A DNA stretch of 64,000 bases from positions 2,720,001 through 2,784,000 of the forward strand of contig OY970223.1 in the NCBI GenBank assembly GCA_963714015.1, read 5' to 3'. The stretch's first letter is position 1, and every line of letters begins with the position of its first letter. The notes under the pieces are model-generated. The model had not been told where the DNA came from, ran no database searches, and saw only the letters and a list, made by a program, of their open reading frames with translations. The position numbers and the translations under genes were made by a program. Below are positions 31,379 through 42,556 of the stretch, in pieces. Source of the DNA: Vulcanimicrobiota bacterium (lineage in GTDB: Bacteria > Vulcanimicrobiota > Vulcanimicrobiia > Vulcanimicrobiales > Vulcanimicrobiaceae).

Positions 31379-32377
31379 CTATTGAACGCAGCCGCTCGCT
31401 GCGTTGCTCCAAAGCGGCTGCGTCGGGAAGGTCCCCGTCGAAAACGAGTTATTCTGCAGGTCCGTCCAGGCGCACTTGTCGCCGATCTCGGCACCGCTGC
31501 TGTCGAGCCAGCCGCTGTCCGGCTGCGGGTCCGTCTCGGTTTCCGCTTGTTCGTGTCCGCCGACGATGCTCACTCCGTCAAGAGTCCCCGGACTGTTCAC
31601 CGAGCCGGAGCCGCAGCTGTAACCGGCGTCGGCAATGTACGGAAGGTTGGTGTACGAGATCGTGTGGCCGCTCACCGTCGTGCTGCTGTGCCAGGCGCAG
31701 TAGGCGTTCGGCGAAGCAGAGTTGCCGGCGAACTGATAGACCTTGACCCCGTGCGCCAGCAGGATGACGTAGCTGGCATTCGAGCTGTAGTCGCCGAAAT
31801 GCGCCGCGGCGCGAGCCGCCTCTTTTCCAAGGTAGGTTGCGTAGTTGCTTCGGTTCAGATTCGGCACCGTCGTGGTGTCGGTCCACGACCCCGCGAAGCT
31901 GCCTGAAGCGTTTCCGACTTGTGCGCCGCCTGACTGAGTATACTGCGTTACCGTGTTCATCCAAGCGCTACCGCCCACGCCGCTGATGAATTTCGTGTAG
32001 TACGCTTTTTCGCCGTCCGGGTCGCCGCTGGAATTCCACGCGCTTCCCCAAGACACCACATAGATTTTGGGGGCGGTTTGAATAGGACCGCCGTGATACG
32101 TGAGAAGGGCGGTTCCGGTAGAGGGGGCCGTGCCGGTATAAAGCTCGTCACCGACGCCGCCGCCCGTTTCGATCACCTTGGTGTAAAACATCACGGCTAG
32201 ACTGCCGTCGGGGTTCACGATGGTGCGGGGAACGTAGAGAAGCTTGCCGCCGTGGCCGGACCCCCCGGCGTTGTCCGATGCCGGCGCTGCCGGAATCGAG
32301 GCTCCCGTACCGCCTCCACATGCGGTCAAGAGCGAGGCTACTAAGGCTAAGGCCGATAGCTTCGTAGCGCTGTGCAT
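31379..32377 (-). CDS. Lipoprotein resembling the Phi-1/EXORDIUM family
   Basis: Lipobox [38 protein letters not shown]. Confidence 0.7.
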   Translation of the reverse strand: MHSATKLSALALVASLLTACGGGTGASIPAAPASDNAGGSGHGGKLLYVPRTIVNPDGSLAVMFYTKVIETGGGVGDELYTGTAPSTGTALLTYHGGPIQTAPKIYVVSWGSAWNSSGDPDGEKAYYTKFISGVGGSAWMNTVTQYTQSGGAQVGNASGSFAGSWTDTTTVPNLNRSNYATYLGKEAARAAAHFGDYSSNASYVILLAHGVKVYQFAGNSASPNAYCAWHSSTTVSGHTISYTNLPYIADAGYSCGSGSVNSPGTLDGVSIVGGHEQAETETDPQPDSGWLDSSGAEIGDKCAWTDLQNNSFSTGTFPTQPLWSNAASGCVQ

Positions 32378-32546
32378 ACTTTCGATAGCCCTCCATTGCT
32401 GTTGATGCAGCAAAGACTGCAGCGACTAAGGTCGCTACCGAAACATTATGCAAGAGCGAACGCAATTTTTATAGAGTTAATGTACGGCAAAGAACCGAAA
32501 GTTCAGCTGCAGGTTTACACTTGCCTGCTAAGCGGGCATCCAGGCA

Positions 32547-32888
32547 CTAACCGGGGGGCCATTGCATGCCTCTTCCTGCGAGCACATGAACGTGCAAATG
32601 GTCGACCGTCTGACCTCCGTCGCGCCCCGTGTTGATCACGGCTCGAAAACCTTCAGGCCCCCGCGTACTGCCGATTTCGGCCACGATGTGCATGAGCATG
32701 GCGACGATCGGCGCCTCCGCGGTCGAGGTGAACTCCGCCACGTTCTGGACATGTCGCACCGGCATTACCAGCACGTGCTCGGGCGCCTGAGGATTGACGT
32801 CGCGGATGGCGACGACATGCTCGTTCCGATACACGAACTGCGCCGGAATCTCGCCACCAATGATTTTGCAAAAGATACAGTCGCTCAA
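32547..32888 (-). CDS. HIT family (Hint) nucleotide-binding protein
   Basis: DCIFCKI; HLHVH; WPPG. Confidence 0.95.
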   Translation of the reverse strand: MSDCIFCKIIGGEIPAQFVYRNEHVVAIRDVNPQAPEHVLVMPVRHVQNVAEFTSTAEAPIVAMLMHIVAEIGSTRGPEGFRAVINTGRDGGQTVDHLHVHVLAGRGMQWPPG

Positions 32889-32891
32889 TCC

Positions 32892-34409
32892 TCACCTCTT
32901 GATGTAAAACGTCCATTCTTTGACCACCGAGTTCCCCGCTTCGTCCGCTACGCTTACCTCCACACGCATTGCGCCGTCCGGATAATCGACGCCGGGGGAA
33001 TAGTCGATGAAACGTTCGGTGCGCATTGCGCTCGACGTCACGTCGTGTCCATTTACCACGAGCCGTTCGCTGGAGGCGTTCACCGGAACCGTACCGGCGG
33101 CAAACGTGGCATAAATGCTCGGGCGCGAAGAGTTCACGGTCGCGCCGCTGTCCGGCGCAAAATCGCTGACGCCCGGCGCTTCGGTCGAAACCGAGACCGT
33201 TGCATGCGACTCTGCGGGCGAGGCGTCGGTACCATGCACGTTCAGATGCGCGAAGATCGGAGCGTTAGCGAAGTTCTGACCGCGGCGGATGACATACGAG
33301 CCCGAGTACACTCCAGGCTCCGATTCGGTAAAGGTCAGGTTGGTAATGTACGGTCCGATGTCGTAGCCGCCGAAGCCGCCGGGCGTTCCGTGCATCGTTA
33401 CCGTCAGCGTGTCGCCGGCTCGCAATGGACGCGCAGGTTCGACGTCGATGCGGGTGATTGCCACGGCGCTGGCCGCTGCGGAGTCGCCTGCAGATTTCCG
33501 AGTCGCTACAATCTCACGGACCTCGGAGCTGTCGATGTTGTAGCGCACCATGACGTCGTCGCCGACGCGTATCTGATCGATCGTTGCGGCCGCGCCGTTC
33601 AGCGTAATCGTCGTCGCGCGGCTGGGCGCCACCACGTGACCGTCACCCAGGATCAGCTCGCCGGATCCGGCGGCAGCGACACTTCCGGTGCGGGAGCCGT
33701 AAGCATCGACGATATGCTTGACGTTGCCGTGCTTGTCCATCGATACTTGGGCGTAGTCGCCGACGTGCACTTCGCTCAAGTCGCCGCCGTTGCTTGTGCC
33801 GGTATCGACGTCCTGAACCATTACGGTCACGTTCGGATCGATCGTAAGCGTGCGCACCGAGGCGTTATAAGTGATCGTCAGCGTCGCGGGCGCCGAATTG
33901 ACGTCGATCGCGCTGATCGTGCCCATCTCCTCGACGCCGCCGTCCACGTTCACGATGCCGTTACCGCTGCGGCCTACGAGCGTGGAGATGATCTCGACGC
34001 TGTTCGTCTGACGGTCGAAAACGGCTTGCGCACCGAGCGCGTCTGTGTAAAAACGGAGCGGTGCATAAAGCGCGTTCTTGATCTCGACCGGCGCGGCGTC
34101 CAGTTCCACGGGCTGCGAATCCACGCTCGCCGTAAGGCTGCCGATCGTGAGGATAATCGTCTTTGCGCCGGCGTAGGTTCGGACGTAGCGCCCTTGTTTG
34201 TCGAAGGCAAGGCCGAGCGCGCTCAAGACGCGGCGAACCGGCACGAGCAAGTGATAGTGAAAGAAGACCGGCGCCGGATTGACGGCGAGGCGCTGTCCGT
34301 TCAGCACGAGCGCAATCGGCAAAACTTGCTTGCCGACTTTTTTCGGTTTGTGCGGCGCGGCCGCTCCAACCGCGAGCAGGCACAACAGCGCGGCAACCAG
34401 ACGTTTCAC
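32892..34409 (-). CDS. Secreted copper-amine-oxidase N-terminal (stalk) domain protein
   Basis: LVPVR..SALG, LDAAP..YAPLRF..DALGA. Confidence 0.8.
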   Translation of the reverse strand: MKRLVAALLCLLAVGAAAPHKPKKVGKQVLPIALVLNGQRLAVNPAPVFFHYHLLVPVRRVLSALGLAFDKQGRYVRTYAGAKTIILTIGSLTASVDSQPVELDAAPVEIKNALYAPLRFYTDALGAQAVFDRQTNSVEIISTLVGRSGNGIVNVDGGVEEMGTISAIDVNSAPATLTITYNASVRTLTIDPNVTVMVQDVDTGTSNGGDLSEVHVGDYAQVSMDKHGNVKHIVDAYGSRTGSVAAAGSGELILGDGHVVAPSRATTITLNGAAATIDQIRVGDDVMVRYNIDSSEVREIVATRKSAGDSAAASAVAITRIDVEPARPLRAGDTLTVTMHGTPGGFGGYDIGPYITNLTFTESEPGVYSGSYVIRRGQNFANAPIFAHLNVHGTDASPAESHATVSVSTEAPGVSDFAPDSGATVNSSRPSIYATFAAGTVPVNASSERLVVNGHDVTSSAMRTERFIDYSPGVDYPDGAMRVEVSVADEAGNSVVKEWTFYIKR

Positions 34410-35422
34410 CGGACCTCCACGATCTCACGGTATACGGCCGCCGTCGCTTGGGCGCAGCGATCCCAAGTCAGCGTTGCGGCGCGCGCACGCGCTTCATTGA
34501 CGAGCCGTAACCGAAGACCCTCGTTCTGCAGAATCTGCAGCATGCACGCGCGTGCCTCAGCTGCGTCTCTCGCGCGGAACGTCAAAGCGGCATCGCGCAA
34601 CTCGCCCGGTATCGCGTCGTCGCAGGCGATTACCGCAGTTCCCGAGCCCATTGCCTCGACCATCGGCAGGCCGAACCCTTCGCACAGGGCCGGGTGAACC
34701 AGCGCAACTGCGCCGGCATAGTAGGCGGCCAAGCTCTCCGGCGGCACCTCGCCAAGGACGACGAACGTACCGGCCATTCGGTGCGGCCGGTTCGCTCCAA
34801 AGTCGTCGGGACCGGTGACATAGAGGTCAATGGCGAGATCGCCCGGCAGCGCTTCCCAGGCCTTGAAGAGCGTCTGCAGATCCTTATGCTCCCGGTGATT
34901 GCCGGCATAAATGAAATACGGCCGCTCGGCGCGGTACGGCGCAGTGGTCTTGAGGAACACTTCGTCGACCCCGAGCGGGATCACGCGCACTTTTTCCGCA
35001 TCGACGCCGAGAAATCGCTGCAAGTCGGAAACCGTCCGTTCGTCGTCGGTGATCACGCGTGTCGCGCGCGCGCAAACGAGACGCACGACGGTCTGGTAAT
35101 ACGGCCGCACTTTCGACTTGAAGTATTGCGGAAAACGCAGATGAATCAAATCGTGAATGGTGACGGCGTAGGGCCTCGGTGCAAAGGCCGGCGTATACAG
35201 TGAGAGAAAATGCGTTAAATCGACGCGCGCGCCGCGTATGGCAGCGGGCAGCCGGATCTGTTCCTCGACTCCGAAGTTTGGGCCCTCGCGAAAGATAGCG
35301 AACTCCATGTCCGGCGCAACTCGCGGCAAACGCTCCGCAAGCTCGCGCGCATACGCTTTCATGCCGATGGACATCTGCCGCGTCAGCCTCGCGTCCAGCG
35401 CGACTTTCGGCTTATGGTTCAC
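34406..35422 (-). CDS. Glycosyltransferase family 4
   Basis: VTIHDL, HKDL, EGFGLPMVEAM. Confidence 0.93.
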   Translation of the reverse strand: MNHKPKVALDARLTRQMSIGMKAYARELAERLPRVAPDMEFAIFREGPNFGVEEQIRLPAAIRGARVDLTHFLSLYTPAFAPRPYAVTIHDLIHLRFPQYFKSKVRPYYQTVVRLVCARATRVITDDERTVSDLQRFLGVDAEKVRVIPLGVDEVFLKTTAPYRAERPYFIYAGNHREHKDLQTLFKAWEALPGDLAIDLYVTGPDDFGANRPHRMAGTFVVLGEVPPESLAAYYAGAVALVHPALCEGFGLPMVEAMGSGTAVIACDDAIPGELRDAALTFRARDAAEARACMLQILQNEGLRLRLVNEARARAATLTWDRCAQATAAVYREIVEVR

Positions 35423-35437
35423 GAACCGTTCCGTCGC

Positions 35438-37819
<2,382 letters not shown>

Positions 37820-37830
37820 CTCGGGATTAT

Positions 37831-38739
37831 CTAATTCCGCAGGCGCTCTCTTCCCGCCTTCACGTAGAGGTAGCGTTCGAGGCCTGCGTAGTCATGCCGG
37901 ACTTCTATGCGAGCATCGGGCAAGGCGGCCGCCGCAAGCTCCTTGAGGCGCGCAATAGTCGGCGGCGCCGCTTCCATTAAGAGCAGCGCGCCCGGACGCA
38001 TCATCTGCGGAGCGCGAGCGAGCAACTTGCGATACTGGTCGAGCCCGTCCCGCCCCCCGTCGAGCGCAATGCGCGGCTCGAAACCCGCGCCTTCCGGCGG
38101 CTGCGGCACGTCGGCGGCAGGGATGTACGGGAGGTTTGCGGCGATCACGTCGTAGCTCTTGGAGTCGGTCGGTTTGACGACGTCGGCGACGTAGAACTTA
38201 CAGCGGTTGTGCACGTTCAAACGGCGCGCATTGTATTCGGCCACTTTTAGCGCCGAGGCGCTGATGTCGCTGCCTTCGACGATCGCGCCCGGGACTTCAG
38301 CGGCGATCGTGCACGCGATCGCTCCGCTGCCGACGCCGGCTTCGAACACGGTGAATATCGGCTTTGGCGGCGGAGGCCCCGATTCGATCCGTGCGCGCAA
38401 ATAATCGACGGCTTCCTCCACCAGATGCTCGGTTTCCGGACGCGGAATGAGCACGTGTTCGTTCACGGCGAACTCGCGCCCGAAAAATCCGGCGAAACCG
38501 GTAATATACGCAACGGGAATGCCGCTCGCCCGACGGTCGCACAGCGCCAGGTATTTATCGGCTTGGGCTCGGCTCAGAAACGCTTCCCCGTGGCTGATCA
38601 GCCACGCGCGATCGCGTCCCAAAGTAAACGCCAGCAGCAACTGCGCGTCATTACGCGCGCCGGTTATGGATTCGGTCAACAGCTCGGTTCCGCGCGCGAG
38701 CGTGTCGCTCACGGTTTGCGGGTTGTAGCCGGAGATCAT
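37831..38739 (-). CDS. prmC: Release factor glutamine methyltransferase
   Basis: VLIPRPETE, GVGSGAI, ANLPYI, ALDGG; follows prfA. Confidence 0.95.
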   Translation of the reverse strand: MISGYNPQTVSDTLARGTELLTESITGARNDAQLLLAFTLGRDRAWLISHGEAFLSRAQADKYLALCDRRASGIPVAYITGFAGFFGREFAVNEHVLIPRPETEHLVEEAVDYLRARIESGPPPPKPIFTVFEAGVGSGAIACTIAAEVPGAIVEGSDISASALKVAEYNARRLNVHNRCKFYVADVVKPTDSKSYDVIAANLPYIPAADVPQPPEGAGFEPRIALDGGRDGLDQYRKLLARAPQMMRPGALLLMEAAPPTIARLKELAAAALPDARIEVRHDYAGLERYLYVKAGRERLRN

Positions 38740-39824
38740 GCGGCCGGCTCTTCGCCGGCGAGCGCCCGCGCGCGCTCGTCCTTGAGCAATTCTTCCACGA
38801 TGTGTCCCATGTCGCCGTCCATGACGCCTCTTATGTTTCCGAAATTTTGATCGATGCGGTGATCGCTGATGCGGTCTTGCGGATAGTTGTACGTGCGAAT
38901 TTTCTCGGAACGATCGCCCGTGCCGACTTGACTGCGCCGCATGCTCCCCACAACCTCTTCGGCTTCCCGCCGCTTGCGATCGTACAGCATCGCCCTCAGC
39001 ATCTCCATCGCTTTGGCGCGGTTTTGGTTCTGCGAGCGCTCCTGCTGCGAGGCGACCACGATACCGCTGGGCACGTGGGTAATGCGAATTGCCGATTCCG
39101 TTTTGTTGACGTGCTGGCCGCCCGCCCCGCTCGCCTTGTACGTATCGATCTGAAGATCGACGGAATTGATCTCCACGTCGATGTTCTCCTCGACTTGCGG
39201 AAGAACCGCGACCGTTGCGGTGCTCGTGTGAACGCGTCCCTGCGATTCGGTAGCCGGCACCCGCTGCACGCGATGCACGCCGGACTCGTGTTTGAAATGC
39301 CGGTACGGCGAATTGTTTTTCACTGCAAAGACGATTTCCTTATATCCGCCCGCGTCGCTCTCGTTCTCTGAAACGAGTTCGACCTTCATTCGCTCGCGTT
39401 CGGCATAGCGCATGTACATGCGCGCGAGATCACCCGCAAAGATGGCGGCCTCGTCGCCGCCGGCCCCCGCCCGGATCTCGATGAACACGTCTTTTTCATC
39501 GTCCGGATCCTTGGGAATCATGAGCAGTTGCAGTTGCTCGAGGATCTGCGCGCTGCGTTCGCGCAGCGTCTTGGCTTCTTCTTCGGCCAGCTCGTGGAGT
39601 TCCGGATCGCTGCGGTCCTTGAGCAGCGCCTCGTTAGCTGCAATCTCTTGGAGCGTCTTTTTGTACCGGCGGTACACCGAGACCGTTTCCTCGATCGCCG
39701 CCCGCTCCTTTACGAGCGCGGTATAGCGAGCTTGGTCGAAGGTGTGTGAAGGGTGCGCGAGAGCAGCCTCGATCTCGTCAAAGCGTTTAGCGACCGTCTC
39801 GAGCCTGTCGAAAAATTTGCTCAC
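38736..39824 (-). CDS. prfA: Peptide chain release factor 1
   Basis: PAT (PxT) anticodon motif, GGQ motif, RTYNYPQ; GTG start inferred. Confidence 0.96.
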   Translation of the reverse strand: MSKFFDRLETVAKRFDEIEAALAHPSHTFDQARYTALVKERAAIEETVSVYRRYKKTLQEIAANEALLKDRSDPELHELAEEEAKTLRERSAQILEQLQLLMIPKDPDDEKDVFIEIRAGAGGDEAAIFAGDLARMYMRYAERERMKVELVSENESDAGGYKEIVFAVKNNSPYRHFKHESGVHRVQRVPATESQGRVHTSTATVAVLPQVEENIDVEINSVDLQIDTYKASGAGGQHVNKTESAIRITHVPSGIVVASQQERSQNQNRAKAMEMLRAMLYDRKRREAEEVVGSMRRSQVGTGDRSEKIRTYNYPQDRISDHRIDQNFGNIRGVMDGDMGHIVEELLKDERARALAGEEPAA

Positions 39825-39828
39825 GTTG

Positions 39829-40063
39829 AAAAGGCGCTTCGCCCTAGGCTCCGCGCCCCCCATGCTGAAGCATGGGGCCCCCCGGCCATAGCGCGCGCAT
39901 GCACGCTGCCATTGCGAAGCCTCCCCGAGGGCGCGCTAAACAAAGTGACAATCCAAAAGGCGCTTCGCCCTAGGCTCCGCGCCCCCCATGCTGAAGCATG
40001 GGGCCCCCCGGCCATAGCGCGCGCATGCACGCTGCCATTGCGAAGCCTCCCCGAGGGCGCGCT
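39829..40063. repeat. Two identical 109-bp structured direct repeats (39829-39937, 39955-40063) with a 17-bp spacer
   Basis: Identical on direct comparison; hairpin CCCCATGCTGAAGCATGGGG. Confidence 0.95.
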
Positions 40064-40110
40064 GGATAAGATTCGTAATTTAAGGCTAAACATAGATTTC
40101 AATCTGCAGA

Positions 40111-40149
40111 TAAAAAAGAAAACGAGCCCCAAAGCGGGGCCCGCTTTCT
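40111..40149 (-). terminator. Intrinsic terminator after rpmE
   Basis: GCCCC..GGGGC hairpin core followed by a long U-tract on the minus strand. Confidence 0.75.
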
Positions 40150-40162
40150 CAATCCGGTGCAG

Positions 40163-40429
40163 TTAAGCTTCGGCTTTGGCTGCTTCGCGCTTGGCTCTGC
40201 GAACCGCGGCTTCTTGCTGTTTCTGCTTGGCGATCTCTTCGCGCTGACGGAACTTGTCTACGCGGCCCGCCGTGTCGACGAATTTCTGCTGTCCGGTGAA
40301 GAGCGGATGGCATGCCGAGCAAATCTCAACCCCGATCTCCGGCATGGTCGACCCGGTCGTGAACGTATTGCCGCAGGCGCAGTGCACGCGGGCTTCGGGG
40401 AACCACTTGGGATGAATCTTCTCTTTCAC
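40163..40429 (-). CDS. rpmE: 50S ribosomal protein L31 (Zn-binding type)
   Basis: [28 protein letters not shown]. Confidence 0.97.
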   Translation of the reverse strand: MKEKIHPKWFPEARVHCACGNTFTTGSTMPEIGVEICSACHPLFTGQQKFVDTAGRVDKFRQREEIAKQKQQEAAVRRAKREAAKAEA

Positions 40430-40438
40430 AGCCTGTCC

Positions 40439-40447
40439 ATTATAACA
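40439..40447 (-). promoter_or_regulatory. Extended -10 promoter of rpmE
   Basis: TGTTATAAT, 9 nt before the GTG. Confidence 0.75.
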
Positions 40448-40462
40448 GCGGTGGCAAGGGGG

Positions 40463-42556
40463 TTAGGGAACGCTCTGTCCCGTCACGGCTTGGATGAGAT
40501 GACCGGCAAAAGGAACGCCGACGCCGGTCACTTCGTCATAGCCGGCGCCCGCCACGTAGCCCGGGACGGGCGTCGCGAACGGGTTGGGCGTGTTGAGCGC
40601 ACCGGGTCCCGGGCTGTCCGGGTTCTGGCCGTAGACCACGTCGTAGAACACGTCGGGATAAGGAAGGGCAGCGGGCGCCAACCCGCCCGTATGCTTCTGC
40701 GCATAGATGCCGTAGAGCAAGGGCGCGGCGTTGCCCAGCCGATAGGGATGGCCGCCCGGCGCCGTGGCGCAGGAGGGCGTCTTCGAGCATGCTTCCAGCA
40801 CCAGCGCCCACATTGCCGCCATCTGCGGTGCAGCGACGCTGGTTCCGCCGATGTCCTCCGGACCGCCCCCGAACTGCGAGTTGACCTCGACCGTCACGCC
40901 GGTGTTCGGGTCGGCCAGCATCGCGGCGTCCGGAACCTCGCGCGTCGCCGCACCCGTCGAGGAATGCTGCGCCGCGATGGGCGGAAATATCGTCGATGGC
41001 CCGCCGCCCGATCCGCTGTGCCCGAGCACGCCCAGATTGTCCGGGGTTGTGGTCCCCCAAGTGGTCATCGGGGCCGTCATGCGGCCGAACTCGTCGAGGG
41101 GCGCAGTGACGCCGCCCACCGACGTGACCGACGGATCGCTTGCGGGATACTCTACGCAAGCACGCTGCGTGTTGACGAAGCATCCGGCGGCACCGTTGTC
41201 GCCGGAAGAGACAAAAACGGCAATGCCTTCCGCAGCCAGGGCGGCGAACTCTTCGGGCCCATAGCCCGCGCCTGTCGCGTCGTAGTACGCGCCGATCTCC
41301 TCGGGTTCACCGGCGCCCCAGCTAATCGAGACGACGTCGGCGGCGTCGTCCGCGATCGCCTGTTGAATCTCAGGATCCGCTTCCACCAAACCGATTTGCG
41401 GCGCACCGTAGTTGCCGTTCGGGTTGGGAGTAGCGGGCGCGGGCGGCGGCGTAGCGCACGGATTCGGAAAGAACGTCGGACAGTCCGAGGCATTGTATGC
41501 AAGATAAAAGAGCACGTTCGAGCCGGGTGCAAGTGTCGCGGTTTGCTGCGTGTCCAGTTGCGCTTCGACGTCCTCCGGATTGCATTTCGGCAGCGAACCG
41601 TTACAGTCCGGAGCCGTCACGGGCGGGGGAGACTGAAATCCCGCGGAGTACGGAAACTCTTGGGGATTCGGTGCCGGAAAATTCGGCGAAGGCGAGGCCG
41701 GCGCAGCCGTGGGGATGCCCGAAATCCCAAGTCCGGCAGCGACGCCGCTGGGCGTGACGGCGGCGATCGAAATCGGCGCCACTCTGGCGTGATAGAGCGC
41801 TCCGAGAGCCGCCGCGTCGGCGTCATGATTACTGACGACGTCGATCGGGCCGGTTCCGATGATACCGATCTTGATTCCGCTCCCGTCCAGAGGCGTTCCA
41901 CCAATCGACGTGCCGTACGCGCCTGTGAAATCGAACGCGGTCTGCACTTGCTCGGGCGCGTAACCGCCGAAAACACCGCTTCCGATGCGCGGAGGCGTGA
42001 CGATGAAGCGGCGGTTCAAATTCAGGCCGACCAAGTTGCCGACGGCGGTAACCGGCACCGCCGCGGGAATGTGCGGGGCACTCATCGGCGCGATGAATTG
42101 CCGGCCATTCTTTTCGTACACGCCGAAACGAGTGCCGAATGCGCGTTCCATCGCGCTCTGCGAACCTGCCACGGCCAGCGTCAGGCGCTGCGGCCAGCCC
42201 GCGGCTTGCAACCCTTGGGACGCGAAGTAGTGCGCGGCTGCATCGTAATCTTGCTGCGATGCGCCGAAACGTGCGGCGATTTGCTGCGGTGTGAGAAATT
42301 GCCGGTACAACGGCGAGGCCGGATCGCTCACCTCACGCGCGTATTGAATCAATGCGGTTGCGCTCTGCTGACGCACGAGCACGTTGACTTGCATGTATCC
42401 CGAATCAGCCGGACCCAGCAGCTGCGCACCGGAGAGGCGCTCTTGGCCCCACTCCAAACCGTTCGCGGGACCGGCGGGAATCGTCGATCCGCCTCCGCAT
42501 CCGCCTAGAATCGCGACGGCAAATACGGCGCCGATCAATTGCGCGTTAAACTTCAT
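40463..42556 (-). CDS. S53 (sedolisin/kumamolisin) lipoprotein peptidase
   Basis: Lipobox LGGC; Pro-kumamolisin domain (YRQFLTPQQIAARFG); EAQLD, SSGDNG, GGTSVAAP. Confidence 0.93.
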   Translation of the reverse strand: MKFNAQLIGAVFAVAILGGCGGGSTIPAGPANGLEWGQERLSGAQLLGPADSGYMQVNVLVRQQSATALIQYAREVSDPASPLYRQFLTPQQIAARFGASQQDYDAAAHYFASQGLQAAGWPQRLTLAVAGSQSAMERAFGTRFGVYEKNGRQFIAPMSAPHIPAAVPVTAVGNLVGLNLNRRFIVTPPRIGSGVFGGYAPEQVQTAFDFTGAYGTSIGGTPLDGSGIKIGIIGTGPIDVVSNHDADAAALGALYHARVAPISIAAVTPSGVAAGLGISGIPTAAPASPSPNFPAPNPQEFPYSAGFQSPPPVTAPDCNGSLPKCNPEDVEAQLDTQQTATLAPGSNVLFYLAYNASDCPTFFPNPCATPPPAPATPNPNGNYGAPQIGLVEADPEIQQAIADDAADVVSISWGAGEPEEIGAYYDATGAGYGPEEFAALAAEGIAVFVSSGDNGAAGCFVNTQRACVEYPASDPSVTSVGGVTAPLDEFGRMTAPMTTWGTTTPDNLGVLGHSGSGGGPSTIFPPIAAQHSSTGAATREVPDAAMLADPNTGVTVEVNSQFGGGPEDIGGTSVAAPQMAAMWALVLEACSKTPSCATAPGGHPYRLGNAAPLLYGIYAQKHTGGLAPAALPYPDVFYDVVYGQNPDSPGPGALNTPNPFATPVPGYVAGAGYDEVTGVGVPFAGHLIQAVTGQSVP

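Noticed and set aside
32562..34697. Long antisense ORFs (also 40157..42508, 36283..37800, 26403..27755)
   Set aside because: Shadows of real opposite-strand genes in high-GC DNA, with no recognisable motifs
39829..40063. CRISPR array or HDV/theta ribozyme
   Set aside because: Repeats are 109 bp with only two copies and no cas genes; I could not fit the nested double-pseudoknot on either strand
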